Source: Pavona decussata
Taxonomy: Eukaryota
DNA length: 64,000 nt
Assembly (NCBI GenBank): GCA_977016875.1
Contig: CDRNST010000175.1
Location: forward strand, 744,001 to 808,000
Direction: 5' to 3'
Shown here: positions 52,281 to 64,000 of the stretch, piece after piece
How positions within the stretch are numbered: the stretch's first letter is position 1
How the letters are laid out: every line of letters begins with the position of its first letter
Program-made: the position numbers and the translations under genes
Notes under the pieces: generated by a model
Seen by the model: the letters and a program-made list of their open reading frames with translations, nothing else
Database searches by the model: none
Told to the model about the DNA's origin: nothing

Positions 52281-52814
52281 TGAGAGGGCAAACCAAAATC
52301 AATCTTGGTTGTCCCCACTTGACGCCATTTACCTGTACCTGCGCCATTGTGTTGTTTGCACCCCTCGGGACCTGAAATTATTACAGTGTGATCTGCTTGC
52401 GAATTTCTGCGCAGGTATCGTGCTCACTCGTTTCGAGAGTTAACCCCAACCTGTCAGCAGGTGTGAAGGGACGAAAAACAGTTGGTGCGTCTTTAGATGA
52501 GGAGCTGGGATGAGCTGATGACGGAGTGGAAATTCAAAGAAAAGGTTTTGATTGGTAGCTATTGATCTAACTACACGGAGACAGAAATACTCCCAGAACG
52601 ATTGTGGTTTCAAACAATATGTCATGATTTTCATTTTATAGCAAATCCTTATGTTTAGTTACACATTCCATGGCTGAAAAAAAAAAACGTTTAGAAAAAT
52701 AAATGGTATAGAGTTCCAATGTTTTTAGTTCACAAAAACCCCTGCTTTAGCGGAGTTTTGGCAAGGAAACAGCGCTGTTATTAATGTTACCACAGTCTGA
52801 TGCTGCTAGCCAGG

Positions 52815-52925
52815 TCATTTGTGCGCCATATCGTAACCGAGTGGATCCAGATTGCTTCCCAGCAATGCCAGCGAGCTATCCCTGAATAACGACAGCATCT
52901 TCTGTAACTCGTCCTTCCTGAATAC
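52815..52925 (-). CDS. NUP107: NUP107 terminal coding exon
   Basis: [36 protein letters not shown]; TGA at 52817-52815. Confidence 0.95.
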   Translation of the reverse strand, partial: VFRKDELQKMLSLFRDSSLALLGSNLDPLGYDMAHK

Positions 52926-55900
52926 CTGTGAGATCACACAATCATTTCAAACAACTACTCCACAAGTTTGGCTTGTACCACGACATTGAGTTGAATCTCT
53001 GAATTGCCTTATTGCATAGACAAATACCGTGTTATGGGCCTATTTCAAGGCTTTCACGAAAGCTGAACTACAATAGGCTATAGCCTATAACAAGTAGTAC
53101 CAGGACAGGTTACTTTTCATACCAGCGAAACCAAAATTGAATTATGTCGGGCACTAAGTTATATGTTTGGTAATCTGTTTGAAACTTGACCATCGCAAAC
53201 CTCCATGACTCCAATACAGACTTCTCCCTTTTGTGTTTTCGATTACTTTAACTAGTTTTGAGGTTGATTCAATTTGAAAGAAAAGATACGTAACCGTGAG
53301 TGACTAACATAAGTGCCTTATTACTCTTCCCAGCTAGAATTTCATTCGGTGCTTGTGGGTGGAATACAGCGGCAAGTCAAAAGGCCGGGGAAGCGCAATC
53401 TTACCTCATAAAGCTGGTACTGTTCAGAGGTGATAACATCAGCCAGCTGTAAACACTGCAATGTAAATCGTAGGAGTAAAAAGCCTGTTTCTACAGCCCC
53501 TAACTCCTAAGGATGCATGTTTCATTACAAGTTACTTCAATATCCCTATATGAACTACTCCACCGCGTCTCCACAATAAAAGCAAAACCAAAACAATCTC
53601 AGAGGCGGCATAGCAGCAGTTTTCTAAGGCAACAAGCTGAGATTCATGTCGCGGAAGGTCTAATGTTCGGTTTCAGGCGCGTTGATCATTGACCATTCTA
53701 ATCTACCTAGCAAATGTTCCAAGCCATGTAGCACTAACCTGTTTGTACTGTTCAGTGGAGTGCAACACGTTATGAAGCAGAAAACAAATGAGCGGAAGAC
53801 AAAGCTGTCTCAACAGCTGCAGTTGATGAGTACGACTTGCATCATCTTCCTCCTGCAAACAAACATCTCGAACTCAACATCATCTATTACAACCCTGCGA
53901 GACTGTTCTCTCAACTGAGATGGTCGGCTGCTTGAATGTAATGGCGGAAGCGCTTTTTTCAGTGCGTTATCAAAGGATATAGAGAAGTTACATTATAAAC
54001 AGCGCAAGCTAAAGGTAGACCCTTTCAAGCCTAGTGACCCACTACAGCTTGAGTATATCCCAGTCAGTTCTGTAGGGTTCAGTGGCTAGGAGCATTGTTA
54101 CTCCTCATAGATGGAATGCAGGTTTTCTCTCCAGCACTTTGTCAAGTTTCCTTGACAGTTGTTCGCCAGTACTCATTTACAGCTGTTTCGACAAAGGTTG
54201 TCGAGAAAAGGCGTAAAAGAGTACGCGAAAAATGCCGAAAGGTAGTCTGGGAAATGCCCAATAAAATCATCCATATTGCCGGCCATCTCAAGTCTTCGCT
54301 GTACGGTAGAGGCATTATGGATTCTGAGCTTTTATTGAAATTTATTGGGTATTTCCCAGACTGCCTTTAGGCATCGTCGCGTACGCTTTTACGCTTTTTT
54401 GGACAACCTTTGTCGAAACAGCTGTATACTCCTGAGTGGGAAGGGTAATGTGAGAGGAACGTGCCTTCCCGAAGAACACAACACAATTACCGGACATCGA
54501 ATCTGGGAATCCAAGGCGCTAACCATTAGGTCACCGCGCTTCCCACCGCTCGTCAGTACTCAAGGCTATGGCTTAATGGCCGAGGTAGCTCGCAGTGGAC
54601 GCGAACAACCATTTTCGAGAGGCTAAATTAAAAATAAACGGCATGTAGTCAAGGACATTGACACCTGCTCCCAGGCATCATACATTTTAAGCTAAGAAGT
54701 GGAACTGAAACGCAAACAAATATCCAAAACTAAGCGTGTAAGACATACCGTCCTCTGGTCTACCATCCAACCTCCATCAGGGAACAAAAGAACGTTATAA
54801 ATCTTCTCCACTGTGGCCTGATAAGTAAATAAAACATCACTGAATTGAAATTTTAAACAACGAAAGGAAATCAAATTAATGTACCTTTGTATGGATGTCC
54901 AGCGAGTTCTTCCATCGTCCAAATTCCACCTGTTGTAAAAAATGAACATTGATATAAATAACGAAAACACTAAAATGAACACTGGAAACTCAGACTGTGT
55001 GAAGAGAAATGGGCACATATATCACAACAAAATAGAAACCAGCCAGTCTCCATTAATCTCTCCCGCTTCAAAGACTGAACTGTAAATTTGTCAATGTTGT
55101 TACTTAAAATTGTGAAAGAGTTAAAGACTGCGGTTGGCGTTCTTTAATTCTTATGTTAGTACGTCTGAGGTTTTGTTATGGTGCCCGTTTGGTTTATTCT
55201 GTAATGCTTATTTCATTTTCCAAGTGTCAATACTCTGATAGCATATAACAAAGACTTCTTACCTCGTAATGTTTGAGGCGCTGCTCAAATGCCACCTTCT
55301 CGGTGAAATTAGCGTGCGCTTCGTGTCGTGGTTTTGGCTATAACACAAATGAAATGGAAAGAATAACAATTCCTCTTCTGATTTAATGTTCACGTTTGCA
55401 AAAACTTAAGGCGTTTGTAATACTTACTGGTACACTGTGATGAAAGTGCTGAAACCAGTCGTTGAATGCATCCAGAGCCTCCTACAGATTAACAATTGAC
55501 CAAGAATCAGTCTTCACACGTTGGTCACAATTAGATTACACATAAACCTCGTGTCACTTTATCTGGGTAAAGTTTCATGGTTGCTGGCGTTCAGACCTTA
55601 AGCAGAGACAACGACGACGCCAACGCAAAAGAAACTTAAAAATTACATTCGCTTTTTCTGAATAAATTTGCCATGATTTCTACTCATTTAGTTTGTCATG
55701 ATGTGGCCGAACTATGTGATGTGGCTTTAAAGTTCAGGAAGAGAAATCATGCGTTCACGCTTTCCATAAAACCTTGAATGTGGTCATTTCACGATGTTGT
55801 TTTGCAGAGGGCGGCAAAGAAATGTACCAAAGTGTATAACGCACGTGCAGAGCCAGTGGTTTTTTTTGTGTGTGTTAATTAAGGCCCGTTTGAACGGTTT

Positions 55901-58900
55901 CAACATTGGCTTCAACATGCCGTTCAACACAGTTGTTGAACCAAATGTCGGGGGCGTTTGAACAGGTCGTTCAACATTGTTGAAAGTGTAAGAAGGAATG
56001 TTGAAAGCTTGTTGAAAGTGTGTTGAATCAAGTTAAAATTGGTTTAAACTTTCATTCAACATCGATTCAACAGTTCCTTTGTTCTTGAAAATGTTGAAAG
56101 GCGTTGGAACCGTTTGAACACTCCGTTCATTCGCCAACACCCGTGCAACTTTTGTTGAACGAACGTTGGTCAAATGTTGAAACCGTTTAAACGGGCCTTT
56201 AGAAAGTGTTTTCTGACGTAAAGGTCTCTAATAACTAGAGAAAGATGGTACGCCCAGGCGTCCTTTGGAGGTTTCAAATTACGCGCTAACTTTCAGCAAT
56301 ATAATGGACGACCAAATTATATTATCGCCAAATAAAAAGTCATTAAAATAACAAGGAAGGTCAGCCAAAAATTAAAGTTTGCGCTTGAAGTCTGGCCGCA
56401 AGCTACTAGGACATGTCAAGTCACGTGTTATAATCTGACCAAGTATCTCACCAGGTAAGCTTTGATGCATAGGTATTCCCTTATGGCATTGTCATCTCCA
56501 GCAGGTAACGCACTGGATCCACCCTGAAAGACGCACAGAAATAAACACACCTCAACAGCGCAGCCTGGACTTCTCACGACAAACAGGCAGTCTTCAGTGC
56601 GGTGAATGTCATAACAGGAAAGAGCTTAAGCATTAATTAAGTTTTTATTTTCGTTAGTTTCTTTCAAAGACCCGTAAAATTCTATCTGCAAAATGTATCC
56701 CAGTGAAAAAATTACCATTTGAACGTCACCATCCCAAGCTGGATGCTAATGGACTGAGTTCTGTTACAACCAGGTTTAAAGGACACCATCTATAGTCGAC
56801 GTTTTGCGATGAGTAAGAGTGCTTTCCATTTGTCAGAACTGTCCAGACTGGCCAATCAGTTTGAAACTTTCCATCGAATGGAATGAGAATTTTTTGAAGA
56901 GTTAGCTTTAAAGAATCTTCAAATGCACATTTTGGAAATAATTTGCGCCATTTTAATGGAACTCGAAGGACTAGCAACGGAGCCAGTTCTTGAAAATGGT
57001 GCCTTAAGTCTGCGGAAAAACCAGTCTGGCCAGCCAGTTCTAACAAAATGTGTGGAAAAAAGGAGAAGAAAAGAAAAAGCTACTCCCTAAGTAAAAGTTT
57101 GGCAAATATTTTACGCAAGTTGTAGAAGAGAACTGTTAGACGTTCAATAAGTGTCACACTTAGACATTAACCGCTTTCTAACAAATTAATGGAAATCGAC
57201 AATCAACAAGGTACCCACCCTAAGCTGCCATTCTTTGTGAATCACGTGCACAGAGTCCACTGGAATCTTTTGGAACACTTCTCGGGCTGCAGCGTGTTTT
57301 CTCGTGGCTATCCAGGGAAATTGTCACAAAAACACAAATTAAAAAGATCAGAAACTCGAGTATGGAGGTAGCAAGGGCACAAGTATGTTACAACATTGTC
57401 GCGAGAGGTTTCAAGCCTGACAAAACTTTCAAATTCTAATGCCAAGATAGAGCACTTCTTGTTTATATTGATTTACTAGTAAACAGGTTTTAACGTCGCA
57501 CCCAGAGTTATAACTTTGCCCTGAAGTACCGCCTTCAGCTTCAGAAACTTTTTACTCCAACCAAATTACACGTAATGCTTCCAACTCTCAGTAAGAAATG
57601 CTTCTTAATTTTTTGATACGAAAGAAATTTCGAGTTGAAAACTCACCGATAAAGCAGCGCATGATGGCATTGCTCTGCTTCAAAGCTTCACTTCGCTGAG
57701 ATGGATCAAACATCAGCCACTCAATGGCTTCTATCTTTCTACGGTCCTCCTAGGAAATACATACAACAACTTTACGTGAACAAGTGTGTACTCACAGCAG
57801 CCAGTGAGTACTGCACTATAACATATAGGTTTGTTAGTAGAATAGGGTAAGCATTTTTGAATTGCAAGTAAGTAATAAGACGTTATGTCTATTTAATTTT
57901 TAAATATTTTATCACTGATGATACATGTATATGACGATACCATATAAAATTGAAATATACTTTATCTGACACCGCGTTCATCATCATCAGCAAGGACGAC
58001 CATGACCTGTTGGACTGCCACCAACACATAGCTTGACCAGCCTTTCCCAAAGGCTTTCCTTTCCTGACTTTCAAACTTATTACCGCTGGGAGGTTTAACG
58101 AGCTATACTCTCCTTCCGAACTACACCCTTCTCTAATTTGTTCTTTTTTTATATCAAACATTGTGGCCAGGTGAAATACAACACTTTTTTTTCAAAACTG
58201 ACTTCTTGTTGGTCTGGCAAAAATACTACATGCAAACTTAACCCAGCTCCCTTTTCATCAGATTGGGCCAAGTTACTTTGAACTGTTGATTCTCAAACGC
58301 GGAATTTTCGCAGAGGTTGGTTTGGACTAAAGGTTAAGGCAAAGTGTCTTGGCACAGCCTCGCCTACACAAACACTCTGTTGTTGTTGTTGTTACTGATG
58401 TAACAAAGTCGCCTTATTGTTTGAGATTGTTGGTACAGACAAACCTCAATAAGGTAAAGTGAAGGCAGACCTCAGTCTGTAGAGATGTCTGTGTTAAGAT
58501 AAAGTCATTTCGCAGATTTGTGTCTTTTCGAGATCAATTCGAGTGTCCGAACGGAGAAGCTTCACTGTGGATATTTTAAACAAGGGCGGCCATGCTATTC
58601 ATTCGACCATTGCTCCGGATAAATGATTTGCAACAACATTCCCATTTCCTGTTGGGCCAGTAGTATTGTAAACACTAATTGCTATAATTGTTTTTGGTAT
58701 TGTTTACGTGTTACGCTGTGAGCTAGTTTGTGTGTTTGTTAAGAACCTGACTTACATTTGAAGTAGCAGCTTCCAGAGCAGGTGACAAGTCTCTATCGAT
58801 CTTAAAATCTTCCTACAATGAAAGGAAAAAAATGAAAAGCATGACAACCTTGTAATAAACTGAGCTTCGTAATCTAATATGGATTTCGCTTTTGTTTGTG

Positions 58901-61900
58901 TTGTATACATCTCTTTTCTATGCATGTCCTATCGTTTCCCGTATTTTGATATCAAATTAACGCGATAGATGGAAGAGAACAGCTTTTTATGTCCTCGTGA
59001 CATTATTGCCATCAAAGAAAACTTCATTTCATGTCATGAACACATTTCTCGAGTAGACAATAAACCGGCCAATACGACGTCAGAAAAGTAACAGTTTCAA
59101 ATTTGTACAGATGATCAATATTCTCCTGAGCTAATCAAACAAGCAGAAAACATCAGCAAATATATCTAACAAGGGCAGTGAACATGAAGTATCTGATAAA
59201 CAATCTTACCTTTCCTCGAATATTCTCAACAACAGTCTTGGTTATCAGAGGAACATCAAGACCTTGAGAAACGAGAAATGTTAGGACAGTAAGATAAGCA
59301 ACAACCACAGTCACTCTTTGGAGCAGACTCACACCCTATTCAGTCCTTTTCTTTATTTGCTGTCTAGGACGGACACCTTTCTAAAGGCCAATTTGGACAG
59401 TAGAACTTTGTGGGACTTGGTTGCCATTCATGAGTGCAATCCCGAAGAATCCATTTTAATTCACAAGAAGAACGGTTATTTTCACAGCAATTCCTAAATT
59501 TCCTTCAATTACAAAACGTACTTCAAACACATTCAGTGAAAACATGAAAGCGTTATTATACAAACCAGCACTGCTCGCCAAGTCCAAGCATTTTTGTCTG
59601 TCTTTCATGTCAACTATATCTAGAATAAAAGGTTTTATGTTTTGTTAAAGACTGTTGCTTAGACTGTTCTTCACGTTTCTGAGAACAAGACGTTTTCAAC
59701 TAAACAGTTACCTTCTAAGAAATAAGCATACGTCTGTGTTTGGATTTCTGCCGGAAGAGTAGCGGTGTATGTTGCCACAAGGTCGATCTGCTTCTCATCA
59801 ATAAGAGCCTAGGGAAAAGAAATTGCAGCTCGATTCACGATTGGAGGCTTTCCTAAGCTAAGATGAATCCTATGCAGGATGTTTGTCCCATGAACCTAGT
59901 TTAATGGCCTTAGCTCCCACGAGTCTCCTGTAGCTCAGTGGTAGAGCATCCGAACTAGTAATCGGAAGGTTATAGGTTCGACTCTTGTTGGGAGAACTCG
60001 GATTTCCTTTTTCTAAGTACGACTTAGGATTTATCAGTCCTAAGCATTGTTTCTAAAAATTAAGTTTGTGATGATGTACTATGGCAATACAGTGACATAC
60101 AATGGGTGAACAGATTCTTACATAGGAGAACGACAGAGGCAGCCTTTCTTTGGGACAAAATAAAATGGTTGTGCTAATGAGATGACCGTATGAACGAGCT
60201 GGATGTGAGGTAGGGTGTTACTTGAAGCTGCAATGCTGTTGTCTAGCAGGGACCTTATAGAACAGGCCAACCAAAACACAGTGTACCCTACCCACTGCTC
60301 TTAGGCAGCAACCTGTACCTGAGATCACATGACTATTAAATCTAAAATATATTAACAATAATTCTACAAGTTGCTTTTCTTATTTGGAGTATTTTGGTCC
60401 CACTACATTAAATGTCTGGATTCGTGTCAGTAACAGGTAAAACAGGTATCATAAAAGAAACAAGGTAAGGAATTGGAAATATTGGAAATGGATGAGGCAT
60501 GAATGAAACGCACCAGGGCAAAAGTTTGATCGTTAATGTAAAAAAACAGAAAAAAAAAACAAACAAACAAACAATGAGCGTGCAAGGAATTCATATGTTT
60601 GGTTTTATATTTGTTTGTACTCCCCCACCGACGCAGCACCACAGCTCCTTTAGAATACATGGCCAATGTGGTGTGCAGCACCAAGCTAGCCACAATTTCA
60701 CGTACGGCTTAATTGAGTGGAATTAATTTATATAGACAGATGCTATATCATGAGAGTATTATTTATTAAACTAACATGCACCAAAAGAAACTTTTTCTGT
60801 TCAGTGAAACATTTTTTTCACTATGTATCCATTTCACGTAAAATCTACTGACAGGAAATGACCTGATGGTCTATCAGGAAGGAGCCAATCAGAGCACTTG
60901 CGTGCAATGTCTTTATGATAAATTGTGATAACGTATTGTTTTTGGGACACATTCAGCATCACTTTTTAGTCTTACAAGAGGTGATAGATACCTGTACATA
61001 AGCCTTCAAGATGGACACACACTGCTCCAGATCAGTCTGTGGTAACAGCAAAATAATAATCCAAGTTAACAACAACAAACATACATACATACATACATAC
61101 ATACATAATCTTTATTTAAACACGATGATAATTAAAGCTGTTAGTTTGTGGGGTCGTGTGTTTACTTCTAAACTAACCTAATCTACTTTACATTAGAATA
61201 TGTCAGGTATGATAATAGTTAATAGTAGACAAAATTCTGTTGTTTATATCGTGTGGTTGATGCAGATGTGCAGTTAAACTTAAAATCTTTAAAAAAGTTC
61301 TCAGCGCTGACCCGCTTTCTGAGGTAGTTAAAGTTCGGGGACGCCGCTGCCTCCTTGTCGTTGTAATTAACAAAATTCCATAAGGATGAGCCTCTATATG
61401 AGAGAGAATCTTTCATATATCTTGATTCGCACCTTGGTACGAGGAGACAGTTCTGCTCTCGAGTGAAATAAGTGTTAACGCGGTTTTGACAAATAGTCTC
61501 AGACAGCGTATCAGGTAAAGATTCACTATGAGCCTTATAAAAAAGTCTGAGAACGTCTAGCTTATAGTAAAGGAAAAAGGTGGGCCACTGAACACGCCTA
61601 AGGACTTCATCAGAAGCCATATCCTTTGGTAAATTGTAGATTATACGTGCTGCTCTACAGTGTAGTCTCTCTATTGAATTAAGAAGGTCGGACTTACAAC
61701 ACGAGCCCCACAAAACTAAACCGTACTTAACAGCTGGAACGATCACTTTAAAATAAAAGTCTTTTAAAATGCCTCTAGGAAAAAAACGAGATCGTTTAAG
61801 CAAATCAAGTTTTTTAGCGAAGGTTCTCTTTATCTCAAGCACGTTGGCTACCCAGGTGAGTTTCTGGTCCACTGTCAGTCCTAATAATCTCGTCTTCGTA

Positions 61901-63981
61901 ACCAAACTTAACACTGAATTTCCTAAGTACACAGGGGCGATGGGTCCCATCGGTGTCCCCTTTGTGAAAAGAATGACCTCGCTCTTGCTGGGGTGAGGTG
62001 TCAACCGGTTGTTTAGGCACCAGTTGTAAAACTCTCGTAAGGCCTTATTTAGTTTCGCAATCGCCAAATCAGCTGTTTCACCGATGCAAAATACGGTAGT
62101 GTCATCCGCGTACATGTAGACGGATCCGGTAGGTACCGAAGAAGGTAAATCGTTCGTAAATAACACGAACAGCGTTGGTCCTAGGACTGATCCTTGTGGG
62201 ATCCCCATACGCACGGGTAACAGTTCCGACTTTACACCGTTTAGTACAGTGAATTGTTGTCTGCCACTGAGGTAATTGCGTATTAGGTCAAGGAGAGAGC
62301 CAGTAACTCCAAAATCACGGTTCAGTTTCGTCAACAGAATATCATGAGGCACACTATCAAACGCTTTTTTGAAATCGACAAAGGCTGCTGCGACTGCCTT
62401 TCCAGAATCGAGAGCTCTTCTCCACGTCTCTGTCAGGTGGATCAGCAAGAGTTCTGTTGAATGCCCAGCGCGATATGCCCACTGCTTATCCGACGCAAGG
62501 TTGTTACTCTTGAAGATGTGTTGTACAAGGTTGTCATTGATTTCAGACTCCATAATCTTGCCTGGGACACTGAGGAGGGAGATCGGACGGTAGTTTCCCA
62601 TGTCCGTCTCGTCGTAACATAAGACATGTAACAGACATGTAACATAAGACATGTAACAGGCAATTAAGTTTGATAATTAACAGAACTGTGTCCCTATGTA
62701 GCTACTCACCTCAGACTCAATTCCAGCTGACCTCAGAAACAGAACTAAATGAGCCTAGACAACAAAAAACAAAAATAGGTTGTAACAGATCAGTCAGTGC
62801 AAGCTCAGAGTTTTCCTCACATGATCATCGTGAGACAAGGGACAGAGGAAGACCAGGCAAGATGGGGATGGTTTAACTAAAGAAGACTAAGATAAATTCA
62901 ATCAATTGAAGGGTTTTCGGTAAGACTAACAGGCCGGTTATCATGTAAGAAAGTTGCATATTTTATATTTTAATTTTTAAGCAAAATGCTAAATAAACAA
63001 GAAATAACTTATTATGCAAGCGACCTACACAAAAGGGATAGCAATGCTCGACTGATTTCTTTTCTGTGGAACACTGAACCACGTTGAGTGAAGCATTGGG
63101 AGTTGCGAAGAAATTTATGAAATCAGTAAAGCATCGGTTTCCTTTGTATAGGTCACTTGCATTTTCTAGTAAGGACAGGAGTATAAAGCTAACAATTAAG
63201 TTTCTTACATGCTAACCATTCTCCGTCAAAATAGAGCTTATCTGGAGCAATTTCGATTTCAAGGCAAGAAAAGGCACTTGCTCAAGTCTTGCCAAACTTA
63301 CCATGAATCGTAATATTTGCGTTATTGGTTTCTCCTCGTTTTGAAGCCAACTGTACATCTTTTCTATCAAACCTGAGTCACACAAACAACACAGCATTAC
63401 ATACATGAATGTTTTAGATAATATACAGGAAGCTCTAGATAATGTCTAATCCTCCGCGTTCATTGCAGTCATAAAATACCAGAACTACCATCACAATCAG
63501 GCCTTGTTTGTAAGGTTATCCTTTAGTAACAATACTGTTCTCACTGAAGAAATGTTGGCCCCTGTGAGATGAGTGGAAGGGACTGTTTTGGCTGCACTGC
63601 ACACGAGAGAAACTTGCCAACTATCATTTATGCTCAAAAAGAAGAATACAAAAATTATGCAATAAAGTTTTCAATAAAAATATAAAAAATCCAGTACATG
63701 TATTTAAAAGGGCACCTCATTAAAATGGTTCAAACAAGTACAATGTATCTGTAAAGCCTATGATTATATTAGTGCTGGTACTTGTTTTCCATGGTATATT
63801 TTAACAGCTGTAATGTTGATTTCCCTGTATCATAGATGGAGACTATAATCCACCCACTATGGAGAATGCTCTTAATTTACCAAGCATTCACTGAGCAAAG
63901 GCTGCACTTACCATTTGTGTCATTAAGAATGATGTGCTTTTGCATGACATGATGGAATTCATCTGCTTGATTTCTGATGGA
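52815..63981 (-). CDS. NUP107: Nuclear pore complex protein Nup107, 3' 18 exons (5' part outside the window)
   Basis: 18 GT-AG exons with consistent phases total 1275 nt. The translation is colinear with the vertebrate NUP107 C-terminal half as recalled ([66 protein letters not shown]). Confidence 0.96.
53405..53455 (-). CDS. NUP107: NUP107 exon
   Basis: [17 protein letters not shown]; cag/gtaaga. Confidence 0.94.
53739..53852 (-). CDS. NUP107: NUP107 exon
   Basis: [38 protein letters not shown]; cag/gttagt. Confidence 0.95.
54030..54544 (-). mobile_element. tRNA-derived SINE interrupted by a MITE
   Basis: Minus-strand head gggaagcgcggtgacctaatggttagcg, body ttgtgttgtgttcttcgggaaggcac...ccactcaggagta|taaatgagtactggcgaa; 3' boundary approximate. 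Confidence 0.7.
54180..54424. mobile_element. Tc1/mariner-type MITE (TA TSD)
   Basis: ~85-bp TIRs starting cagctgtttcgacaaaggttgtc / gacaacctttgtcgaaacagctg; TA at 54178-54179 and 54425-54426. Confidence 0.9.
54749..54817 (-). CDS. NUP107: NUP107 exon
   Basis: [23 protein letters not shown]; cag/gtatgt. Confidence 0.96.
54885..54929 (-). CDS. NUP107: NUP107 exon
   Basis: [15 protein letters not shown]; cag/gtacat. Confidence 0.92.
55263..55337 (-). CDS. NUP107: NUP107 exon
   Basis: [25 protein letters not shown]; tag/gtaaga. Confidence 0.94.
55428..55481 (-). CDS. NUP107: NUP107 exon
   Basis: [18 protein letters not shown]; tag/gtaagt. Confidence 0.94.
55590..56230. mobile_element. Older MITE-like element (agacctt...aaggtct termini) hosting a nested MITE
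   Basis: Short inverted termini and a body interrupted at 55882-56198; boundaries approximate. Confidence 0.55.
55882..56198. mobile_element. PIF/Harbinger-like MITE (TTA TSD)
   Basis: TIRs aggcccgtttgaacggtttcaacatt / aatgttgaaaccgtttaaacgggcct; TTA on both sides; many internal ttcaac/gttgaa motifs. Confidence 0.9.
56452..56523 (-). CDS. NUP107: NUP107 exon
   Basis: [24 protein letters not shown]; cag/gtgaga. Confidence 0.95.
56817..57050. mobile_element. Degenerate MITE
   Basis: catttgtcagaactgtccagactgg / ccagtctggccagccagttctaacaaaatg inverted ends. Confidence 0.6.
57219..57307 (-). CDS. NUP107: NUP107 exon
   Basis: [30 protein letters not shown]; tag/gtgggt. Confidence 0.92.
57647..57749 (-). 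CDS. NUP107: NUP107 exon
   Basis: [34 protein letters not shown]; tag/gtgagt. Confidence 0.96.
58756..58812 (-). CDS. NUP107: NUP107 exon
   Basis: [19 protein letters not shown]; tag/gtaagt. Confidence 0.9.
59210..59262 (-). CDS. NUP107: NUP107 exon
   Basis: [18 protein letters not shown]; aag/gtaaga. Confidence 0.94.
59566..59619 (-). CDS. NUP107: NUP107 exon
   Basis: [18 protein letters not shown](G); tag/gtttgt. Confidence 0.9.
59712..59808 (-). CDS. NUP107: NUP107 exon
   Basis: [32 protein letters not shown]; tag/gtaact. Confidence 0.93.
59872..60020 (+). repeat. tRNA-containing repeat (pseudo-tRNA at 59924-59996)
   Basis: Cloverleaf-like: TCTCCTG/TGGGAGA acceptor stem, GCTC-AGTGGTA-GAGC D-arm, TCCGA/TCGGA stem with an 8-nt loop, GGTTCGACT T-loop; flanks shared with the copy at 20757-20960. 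Confidence 0.8.
60992..61036 (-). CDS. NUP107: NUP107 exon
   Basis: [15 protein letters not shown]; cag/gtatct. Confidence 0.9.
61077..62613 (-). mobile_element. Young 5'-truncated LINE (L2/CR1 group) with an uninterrupted RT ORF
   Basis: [28 protein letters not shown] and YADD motifs; stop at 61219; 3' UTR; AATAAA at 61116-61111; (TATG)n tail. No endonuclease domain is present. Confidence 0.95.
62710..62754 (-). CDS. NUP107: NUP107 exon
   Basis: [15 protein letters not shown]; tag/gtgagt. Confidence 0.92.
63302..63372 (-). CDS. NUP107: NUP107 exon
   Basis: [24 protein letters not shown]; cag/gtaagt. Confidence 0.92.
63912..63981 (-). CDS. NUP107: NUP107 exon
   Basis: [23 protein letters not shown](G); tag/gtaagt. 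Confidence 0.9.
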
Positions 63982-64000
63982 CTAATACAAACCAATAGAA

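Noticed and set aside
54692-55018. 108-aa stand-alone ORF
   Set aside because: Only part is a NUP107 exon in frame; the rest is intron or out of frame.
59924-59996. Functional tRNA gene
   Set aside because: 8-nt anticodon loop, and divergent copies with shared flanks indicate a repeat.
62614-62754. NUP107-RT fusion by intron retention
   Set aside because: An in-frame TAA occurs 11 codons into the intron.

Overview
AT-rich animal genomic DNA. The repeat types and gene sequences suggest a cnidarian, probably a stony coral (inference). There are two assembly gaps. Genes: (1) two tandem paralogous class A, aminergic-like GPCRs on the + strand (11336-12406 and 47984-49069), each with a single coding exon preceded by a splice acceptor and separated by ~35 kb of non-coding DNA; (2) the 3' part of the nucleoporin NUP107 on the - strand, reconstructed by hand as 18 GT-AG exons (52815-63981, 424 aa plus stop), continuing beyond the window. 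Mobile DNA: a young 5'-truncated L2/CR1-group LINE in a small NUP107 intron, older RTE, L2/CR1 and Penelope fragments (one with an intact minimal hammerhead ribozyme), tRNA-derived repeats and many MITEs, some nested. Most notable: both GPCRs keep Asp3.32 but lack the TM3-ECL2 disulfide and carry Lys7.39 and Glu7.42, hinting at a non-canonical ligand. A speculative spliced 68-aa ORF ending in Gly-Lys-stop lies tail-to-tail with the second receptor. Family assignments come from motif recognition, not database searches.
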